This document shows, piece after piece, positions 55,075 through 64,000 of a stretch of 64,000 nt of DNA. The position numbers and the translations under genes were made by a program. Source of the stretch: Bugula neritina (lineage: Eukaryota; Animalia; Bryozoa); assembly GCA_964035545.1 (NCBI GenBank), contig OZ037768.1, forward strand, positions 24,089,319 to 24,153,318. The letters are read 5' to 3'. Every line of letters starts with the position of its first letter. Position 1 is the stretch's first letter. Below the pieces are notes generated by a model, which was given only the letters and a program-made list of their open reading frames with translations, had not been told where the DNA came from and searched no databases.

Positions 55075-55621
55075 CTTTGCCACTCATGGGCCTGGGTAAA
55101 GGCCTCCCTCAGAGGGTGTACTCCGCGCCAAGAAAGGCATAAGAGGAGCCCCTACTTCCTAAGTAGCAAGCACCTCGTAACGTAGACTTCGGAAGCCTCA
55201 AGGCTTACCCAAACCTCTGGCTCAGGAATTGGTTTGAGGTACTGCCAGAGTTGTGTATGTAGAACATTATTCCATACTACATTTCATTTCTGCTCAAAAT
55301 AAATTAATATTATAATATATTACATAAACTCTGTGTTTAAATTTTTAGAAACATTTATTTGCTGGATAAAAGATTTTGTGCTTTATATGGCTTCTATTTT
55401 TCATAAATTTGCTGTTTTTAGTGTTGAATAAACAATATTGTGAAACATACAGAATTGTAGAAGTGTTAAGCAGGTGAAAGCTAAAACCCATATTTATATT
55501 TTATGTCATTTAGTGCTTCAACTTTGAACCCAAAACAATATAGTTTGTATGCTGGATGTCCTAACACTGGTTGCACTGTATAAAATTATTAAATTTATCT
55601 TATAAGATAGATCAATACATG

Positions 55622-55654
<33 letters not shown>

Positions 55655-57428
55655 CATGCAAAAGGCTACCAGGCTAATAAATTATTATACACATTATGTA
55701 ATGTGAATAATTGCCACTCAATTATTTTCAAAGTGTCAATTGCATCAACACTCAAATAAAAATTATTTTTCTCTTTAATCCATATACTATATGTTTAATG
55801 TAGTATATGCATAAAATAATGTAAATGCTCAAAAAATGTTCATTATCATATTTTAGTAGTTATGATAAATATTTCATGGTTTATAAAGCTTGTGTCACTT
55901 TACTTTATTTTGCCTTGCGTACAAGATTTTTGCAACCATAAAAATATGCGGACCATAAAAACTGCTGCCAAAACATTATACTGTTGGTTAAATGAATTTC
56001 CCAGCAGGTTGCCGAGCAATATTATTCAATAATGCCAACAATGCAGACTATAGAAAACACGAACTGTTTTTGTTGGTTATAAATCGAGCAAGCTTTACTA
56101 GGATTGGACAATGCAAAAATAGTGTGGCGGGAGATGCAAGCGCTGTTGGTGTTGATGAATCAATCAATATTTCTATCAGCAGCTCCGAGTTGGTGGTGAG
56201 TGAAGGCAGTAGTTTGGGGCTCTCGATTTTTGAGTTGGGGACGCAATTTCAAACGTCAGACCCCCCAACTACTGCACTCATTCACCGCCAACTTAAAGCT
56301 GCTTCTAAGATCATTCTTAGTCGAATGAGTTCATCAATGTCATTCAAAATCAAACTTCTACTTCTAGTTCTAGTCAATATTTTTAATATGAGCTGTTTAT
56401 AACAAACTATTGCCAACTTCTGAGTTATTATTATTGTTTTACCAAAGTGGCTCTTCAGCATAAACATTTAAAAATGAATTTTAATTTCAGAATAAGTCCG
56501 ATTCTCATTATGATAATAATCATCATCATGATTATGATTATCATTATGATTAAGACTTAGATTAACACTCTAATTCTGTGATTGACTCAGACTGATCTAT
56601 TTTCAGTTTCACTGTTTGAGTTTCAATTTCAGTAAATAAGGTTGAACTTTAAATTTTAATGTTATTTTCAAGTTCAAGTTGTTACACTTAGACTTACTAT
56701 CAATATAAACTATAAAGCTAAAGACTAATCGTTATACTTAAATATTGTAACAATCTTTATCATTATGATTATGTGAAAATTGAAACTTAAACTATTAGTA
56801 TTAGTAAAAGTATTGACAAATATAAATTTTTTCGAAAAAGTTGAACAAATATTTTTCTGTTATCAAATTGAAATAAGTTAAAATTAAGTCCAAAATACAA
56901 ATGTAAAGTAAAATTCAACTAGGATATAATTTATGTTATTAGTTACAATTAATATTATAGGAATACTAATAGTAATAGTTTCAGTTTCTAATAAATACTT
57001 GTAGTCAAAGTAGTAATCACTACTAATAACAGTAACACTAAGGGTAATACTAATTCACCCAATTACTATTTCAGTATTTGTTAGTAATGTGCTATAACTA
57101 TAAGTTGAGGTAAATGAATTTCTAATCCCAAGTTGAAATTGGCTATCATTGTGATTTTCAGATAGTCATTTCATTGTGATAGTTAGACTGACTCTGAGTA
57201 ATGACAATGAGAAGATCACGATGTCGATAATTATAGTAATACAGACTTTGGCAAATAATGTAGTTTAGTGAAGTTGTGCTTTTAGCAAGTCAAGTGAAAT
57301 TGAACATTAGACAGATTCTGACTAACACATGGGGCCTTTTGATCTGTGGATTGCAGTACGCCGTCCTAGTTACATTGGGATATGACTGTAAGTTGCCAGT
57401 AATGCTTGTGTTTTTAGAATTCATCAAC

Positions 57429-59579
57429 ATGGCTACACACAGAGTTGTAGAGGCAACATATAGTATTCACAGTGATGATACAGGAGATGAGCCAATCCGC
57501 TATGCCCAGTCCGTCACTGCTGAGTCAAATCTCGCTGAGTCAGTCACACCCCAGTCAGTCACTGCTGAGTCAGTCACTGTGGAGTCAGTCACACCTCAGT
57601 CAGCCACTGCTGAGTCAATTCCCGCTGAGTCAGTCACACCCCAGTCAGTCACTGCTGAGTCAGTCACTGTGGAGTCAGTCACACCTCAGTCAGCCACTGC
57701 TGAGTCAATTCCCGCTGAGTCAGTCACACCCCAGTCAGTCACTGCTGAGTCAGTCACTGTGGAGTCAGTCACACCTCAGTCAGCCACTGCTGAGTCAATT
57801 CTCGCTGAGTCAGTCACACCCCAATCAGTCACTGCTGAGTCAGTCACACCTCAGTCAGCCACTGCTGAGTCAATTCCCGCTGAGTCAGTCACTGCTGAGT
57901 CAGTCACACCTGCGCTAACTGACAGGGAATCACTACAAGACATGGAAGTAAGGCTACAGACTGTAGATACATGCTGTAATCTATCATACACTGCAGGGAT
58001 GTACGATGGCATTTGGACTGGTTGATGCTTTCTATGATGTCCAATAATGTTTGAATAAATTGCAATATGGCTATCAAGATTGACTATATCTGTCATGGCA
58101 AGACATTCTTTTTATAATTACATGAAGTTTATAGTTATATTATATTATTTATAGTTACATTTGGAATGTATTAAAGAAGAACATGCCAGGTTCACTTTAG
58201 AAAGGAGGGCCTGGAACAAGCTACTAGCTGACCGAAAGGCACAGGTAAAGATTAAAAACAGTGAAATTTCATAAGGTAGCTGTTAAACTCGAAATGGCAA
58301 ATTTAATTGAAGCTGATAAATTTGTCCTTGCTGAAATTTTAGCTGACGATTTCTCGACAGCATTTCCTTCATCTTCCTGCGTTACTTGGGTAGCGAGCTG
58401 CTGGGCTATATGTATGAGTTAATTTGAATAACCAGAAAACCATACAAGTGGATATTTATTGAAATGCCACCCACCGTGTCTAGTCTTACATTTCAACCAG
58501 TTGAATTGAATTTTATGGATACAACTTCGCTGATATTCAACTACAAATAAATGATTTCAGCTATTAAAAATAATTATTAATTTATCTGTCGAATATTCTG
58601 GAATCGTCTAATCATGCTGTTTGAAGCCTGTGACCTTCCTGTAGACTAAGAGGTCAGAGGACATGCTGAAAGAGGTGGAGCAAGGTGGGGACCCGTGGAA
58701 GTGTAGGCGGAGAAGCGGCTACCTCCCTCCACCCAAATGGAAGTTCTCATGTAAAGAGATCCTAGATGAAGTGGACACTTACATCACCAGGGCATCGCTA
58801 GCGGTGGGTCTAGTTTGTCTATATACAAGGGGAGGGGGGAGAGCCGGGGGTTCCAATCTCATTGAACTGGGCTGCTGAATCCAAGCTAATGTGTCAGAAA
58901 GTTATCTCCGACAAATCATGTTTTTAACTGCCATCTTTGAAAGAGTATAAATCAAATTCTACCATCTCAACAGAAGCTCAAGCTTCATGGTATCATATTA
59001 CTTGGGCCTATTTTTGGCCGTATTAAATTAAATTAGGTGATTTTTGAAAAAATATTTTTAAAGTCATATGAATTTCCTCTCAATTTTATTCCCCTCACAC
59101 TTGGCACACAAAATACTTATGTCATATTTTGTTGATACAGTTTTGGCTATTTAGTGACTAAAATAAGAAAATGCATAACATAATGCGCTGAAAAGTCAGC
59201 GTTAGTGCACGCGATTATTGTAGGCATCAAGATTTGTGAAGAGATCTATAATTAGTATTCCATACCCAGTTGGTTCTCTTTCTGCTATTCTTAGATTCTG
59301 ACCTGATAATGTCTTGTGTATACAATCAAATTGTAGGCTAAGTTCATAATGGAACACAAGGAAAGTACGGCCACAACAGGCATCCACCCCGTAACAACTG
59401 AAGCAGATGCCCAAATGGAGTTATCTCCTAGTACAGCCATTAACCAATCAAATGTATTGTATCAGACGCTGCGGACCAGTGAGCCAGATATTAGTATGTT
59501 TGACGTATCAACCAGAGAAGTCATACAAAACACCCTGAAGAATTTGGAGGCTTCAAGAAAAAGACGATCCATGCATTAA
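57429..59579 (+). CDS. Host gene, 3 exons, about 283 aa: repeat N-terminus plus coiled-coil region tentatively resembling the DSN1 C-terminus
   Basis: Exons 57429-57947, 58155-58244 and 59337-59579 are joined by phase-0 GT-AG introns. KEEHARFTLERRAWNKLL...QAKFI resembles vertebrate DSN1 as I recall it. Further upstream exons are possible. Confidence 0.6.
57510..57912 (+). repeat. Coding 15-bp repeat (ESVTA/QSVTP) with 90-bp higher-order periodicity
   Basis: Blocks recur at 57541, 57631 and 57721. A shorter version lies at about 52446-52568. Confidence 0.9.
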
Positions 59580-60306
59580 ATTATATTTTTATAGAACTTT
59601 ATTTTGTAATATGATATTTTTAAATTATCGGTTTCTGTGAGATAATAATGGCAGTTCATTTGTCTTCATGTACGCATGAGTTTGCTGTTCGAACCATGGT
59701 AAGCATGAATATACAAACACACTGAAGTGAATGCTTGTGACTACAGATAGAGGTGGGCTGCATGCCAAGACATGTGAGTTTATTAAGTAGTATCTTATGA
59801 CTATTTCTTCCAACAATGAAGGTTTTGGCGAAAGGGTTAAAGGTCATGTCACTCTGAGTCCTAGCAGGTCATTAATCAACTGGTAACAGATTTCATTAGA
59901 TTATTCATAGTGACCTTAAAATTCTAATAATAGCCTAAGCCTCGGTTCCTAACAAGTATCTTATAGCTGAAGGCAGAGTGAGTGCCTAATGGTGTAAATG
60001 AGCTCATCTTCAAGCACAATGATTTTCAAGCACAATTATTTTAAACACTTATAAACACACTTGGACTCGTTACATATGCAACTAGAAGTTGCTTTCTGCC
60101 ACCAGCATGAACTACAGGCAATGTGAACCAATCCACAACATAAATAATTTGTGAAATAATAGTTTTATTAATGCAAGTTGATATAATGATACGATACAGT
60201 ATAAGAAAATTACATTGACATATTATACATTAGTGGACAAGTCTTCCACTTTTACACTGCCAAAGATGTCATAGCTATAGAAGTTATCCTCTCGATATTC
60301 CGTTGC

Positions 60307-61071
60307 TCATCTTTTCATGTTCATCATGCTCCTTGAAGGCATCTTGAAATTCGATGCAGCTTGAATTTGCAGCTGGTAAGCAACAGGGTGAATCTTAAAT
60401 CCATACAACCTACAAGAAACGTATTGGAAGCTCATTGTTCAACCACTGTTCACGCTTACAGCTAATAAACATGCATGAAAGTGGTTGTCTGTTGAATATG
60501 AAAGTCTATCGAAAGCTGGTTTTAAATCAATTTAACAGAGTTATTTTTATTAATATAAAGTGTGAAGCTAAATGATACAAGAGACAAATAATATATCGGC
60601 ATTGTTTTGTTAGAGTGATATTTTATATATCATGATACGCCCTTGAAAGAAAAATAAGTAGCATATCGTTTAATGAAAAGAAAGGTTGCGCTCACCTGGG
60701 GGTAAACTGAGTGCCGGGTCGTTTGGGACGATACTCCTGATGGACCATGAACAGCATGTGAGGGAATCCCGTACCGAAGTAAGCTCCATCCGTATGGTGG
60801 TGCCGGCTAGACTTGGGAGTGTAGACGTCACAGCATTTGGGACAGTACAGCTTCACCTGAGAGCACAACCAGGCGGGTGTCAACTGAGCTACGGGGCAGA
60901 CATTACCTTACAGCAGTTAACAGGAGACTAGCTCAGGTTGGCAGCGACTTACCATAGTTTCTCCTGGAACATCACTCAGTCCAATTGGTAGCATCTGCTG
61001 ATTCTCACAGTAGACTCGAGGACAGTAGCCGAAATCTCCTGCCTGCCACTTCTCCACCATCTGCCCGATAC
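60307..61071 (-). CDS. CSNK2B: Casein kinase II beta subunit, last 3 coding exons (5' part beyond the window)
   Basis: Exons 61071-60953, 60856-60696 and 60409-60307 give [50 protein letters not shown] and [10 protein letters not shown]. Confidence 0.97.
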
Positions 61072-61127
61072 CTGAAGAATATTCCAGAAGTAAAGAGAGT
61101 GAAGGAGACCAACCAAAAGTTAATTAT

Positions 61128-64000
61128 TAGTGGGGGTGCCAACATGCAAAAATGGGCGGGTGGAGCACATCAATACTAACCTTTGTTGCTATATATCACT
61201 GCAAAGCCAACATTCTACTGATCTCAGATCTGCGAGTACCTTTTTTGTATCTGGGGGGGTTCTCTCGTGAGAGGGGTGGATATACAGGGGTTCAGCATTT
61301 TTCAAGGGGGGACTATGGAACTCTAAATATTTAATTTTCTGAGTAGTTTAAGTTTGACATTAAAAATATTTTCAAGGAATGTTATACACATATGAAACTT
61401 TCTCTAACAAAAGTTTGGACCAAAAATAAAAAAGTGGGCGGAGCCTATAATATGACAAACTACATTTTTGCATATACCGGATATTCTCTAAACTGCTACT
61501 TTTCTGTTCTAGCATTTAGAATGTTGATTTTTGGTATGAAAATACTCTATTGTGTTCTAATAATGCTCTCCGATTTTCATTACGTTCTGAACTATATAAC
61601 ATCTTTCCCAACCATGACAAATAAAAAACATAAAACGGGAGTTATCTCCTCCGTTAAAAATTATTGCATTTCTACCCAATAATATTGCTCTTTGTTGATA
61701 GGAACAACATCAGCATGATAAAAATGTATTCTTAGCGTATTTATATTAGCTTATTGACTTATTTTGAATCATTAATTACGATCAATACTATTGAGTATTA
61801 ATATTCAATATTTACTGTATAAATTGAGTGTCAGCAATAATTAACAGACCACTAATATTCGATTTTTTTATCCATAAGTATAGTAACATAAAATATGGTT
61901 CATAAAAAAGTAATATTATGATTTCAGCATCACAAGCAATTACTATGCTCTTTTATATCAGATATTGGTAGACATTTGTAATTGTATTTATTTATAAATA
62001 AGATAGTATTTAAAATTTTAATTTACAATAGATCAAGCTTTATTACAAAGTTTTGTTATCTCTAGCGTTTATATACCAAATTAAATATGTTATAACTCTT
62101 CATCAGAACTGTGTTTGTTGCCATCATCATCATAATCAGGCTCTTTGTTTGAAAAAGAAGACTGGCCACTTTCGTTGTTGCAATCGAAACATTCACATAA
62201 ACCACAGCATTTCATCATCAGGCGCTTGCATTTGCATGCTTTACTCTTACAGCCTGCTTTTTTGCATTTACATGCTGTTAAAATCACATCTGCGTTGCTC
62301 TCAAAATCATATTTTATTGGAGTCAAGTTGGTATCCCAACCATGGTCAAAAATTGGCTGATGAAGTAAATTAGGTGTAAAAGAAAGTTGCCAAAGTGTAA
62401 CTTGATAATTGGCTCGTTTCACGTGATATTCTAGGGAATTCCTACTAGGTGGTAGCTGTGCTTCACTGGAGACATTTTTTAAAGCCAATATTTTATATCT
62501 TGCTTCAGTAATATCATCATAGGCACCATATAGGTTGGAGACAAATCATTCACACTCTAAGTATGTTTCTTCTGATACTGGGGACCAATCATTAGAACCT
62601 AAAGACAGATTATAGCTTTCCTTTTCAAGTACCTCCAAAGCACGCTTTTTAGATATTCGGAAGATAGAACTTACTGAGTCACAACCTGTAAGTGCATGGA
62701 GTGATAATAGATTCTTGAGAACTTTTTGTAGATTTTTTTGGCTGATTCAAAAAGAGACATATATCTTCTGTGACTCCCCATTCCAACGAAGATTACTACA
62801 TCTTTATTAGCGTGCTCAGTTAAAACATTACTAAGATGATGTTAAGCGCAATAATAGCAACATTGGTATCTACTGATCTTATTACTACCAAATCGTAATC
62901 ACTCAGTGCATCAGCTGCATGAAGGATTAATCTCAAGTCTGCTTCATCATGATTGGATTTCAATTTGTTACAATTTTAACGATAATGGTTTTGCAGAACA
63001 CAGACTTCTTTGGCGCTACACACTAAAAATGTACCAGCTGGAATTTTCTCAATATGTCTTCTCCATGCACCTTCACTATGTAATCTACCAACTCATTTTT
63101 GTTGTGAATATTGCTCAGAAAAGCACTCCAGTTTTTAGGAACAGGCAGGTTGTTATGAATAATGGAAATAGAGCACATCTATTGGGCACCCCGTCTAATA
63201 CGCTCTTGTGCTTTAATTAATGTTTCAGAATACACGTCAAACACTACATCAACCCTTGTATATCCTTTGCCACATTCAAGAAATATTTCCAACATCTTCA
63301 GAGCATAGCTATAAAAAGTGCCTGATGTTTTTGTCGAGTGAAGTATGCACATACCATCAATAATGATCGATTTGTTGGTGGACAGTTGACTATCATCATT
63401 GGAGACCCTGTTTCCAAGATATTTCTGTTCCAAAATATGCATTAGTTGCAATTTGCATGTTTTTCTCATCTGTCCGTTTTCAGTAAATAGAGCAAGAGGA
63501 ATGGGACCAATTTTTTTCTCTAGAACTGTATGCAAATCTTTGGCACTTTTGGCACTTATGAGAAGTTTAGCAAATGATATTTTAGGAACATTTGGTTTAA
63601 TGGCCGGTTGAAGTGATTTAGCCACAAAGTCAAAGGAAGGGATTTTAAGCCGGTGAATAGCAGTGTAAAATGGTTTTATTGTATTCAAAAGTCTATCTTG
63701 AAAAAACTTTTGAGCCATAGCAGTCACTATTGACAAGAAGGTCTCCGCATCGGGACTTACTCCAGTAGCAATATTAATAAGTTCAGTTGAAGTATTGCTA
63801 AACAACTTAACATCAAACTGCTGCAATGTAAAAAGAATTGCTTGTGTATCAATCTCATCCGTCATAGTTGTAATGATTGTGTCTTCCTTGTGTAGTGTTG
63901 ATGACTGTGAGGCTATTTGGCAAAAATCCTTTTGCAAAGAAAGCAGTTGGGCTCTGATATGACTAGTTAAGAACCATTTTGTCCGAGCTTCTTCATGGTT
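61128..64000 (-). mobile_element. Decayed Academ (AcademX-type) DNA transposon in a CSNK2B intron, truncated by the window end
   Basis: XPG/PIN-like motifs IIDGM, VDVVFDVY, HDEADLRLILHA, SVDTNV, LHALTGCD and LPPS...HVKRANYQ, followed by a Cys-rich CKCKKAGC...CKC...CCGLCEC tail. Frameshifts and a premature TGA (62546-62548) are present. Candidate terminus TAGTGGGGG at 61128. Confidence 0.75.

Larger units (their letters stand above)
50951..58600 (+). repeat. Local tandem segmental duplication: unit 1 from 50951, unit 2 from 55277
   Basis: 50951-51220 matches 55277-55541. Both units then share an (AT)n run, upstream blocks (about 51500-51920 versus 55930-56430), the first coding exon and intron sequence. 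Confidence 0.9.

Noticed and set aside
52870-55270. Interpretation as an intact or simply decayed LTR retrotransposon
   Set aside because: No LTR, primer-binding site or pol motifs seen. The gag segments are bounded by splice sites and separated by host-derived introns.
55992-56402. 136-aa ORF upstream of the host gene
   Set aside because: The homologous block in unit 1 (about 51600-51900) does not keep the same frame, and no domain is recognisable.
62546-62548. In-frame TGA as possible selenocysteine or readthrough
   Set aside because: It lies in a transposon ORF that also has frameshifts; ordinary decay is the simpler explanation.

Overview
AT-rich, intron-rich genomic DNA from an invertebrate animal; the taxon cannot be determined reliably from this window. 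Genes were assembled by hand from GT-AG splice sites. In order they are: the last exon of an SH2+WW-like gene (+), TRMT1 (-), CCDC65/DRC2 (-), CEP89 (+), ACIN1 (-), BLOC1S4 (+), SGF29 (-), two tandem TLCD3/FAM57-like paralogs (-), C17orf98/SPMAP1 (+), a locally duplicated gene pair, and the 3' half of CSNK2B (-). A decayed Academ-type DNA transposon sits in a CSNK2B intron. Many introns are largely filled by intron-specific minisatellites, and there are several MITEs and one tRNA-derived SINE. The standout is at 52370-55074: an apparently domesticated, spliced Ty3/gypsy gag-derived gene of about 497 aa. It has a host-derived repeat exon, three tandem in-frame capsid C-terminal-domain exons and a CCHC zinc knuckle, with no LTR or pol visible. 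It appears to have been built on a tandem duplicate of the neighbouring host gene (57429-59579, tentatively DSN1-like). Gene names come from recalled motif similarity, not database searches.
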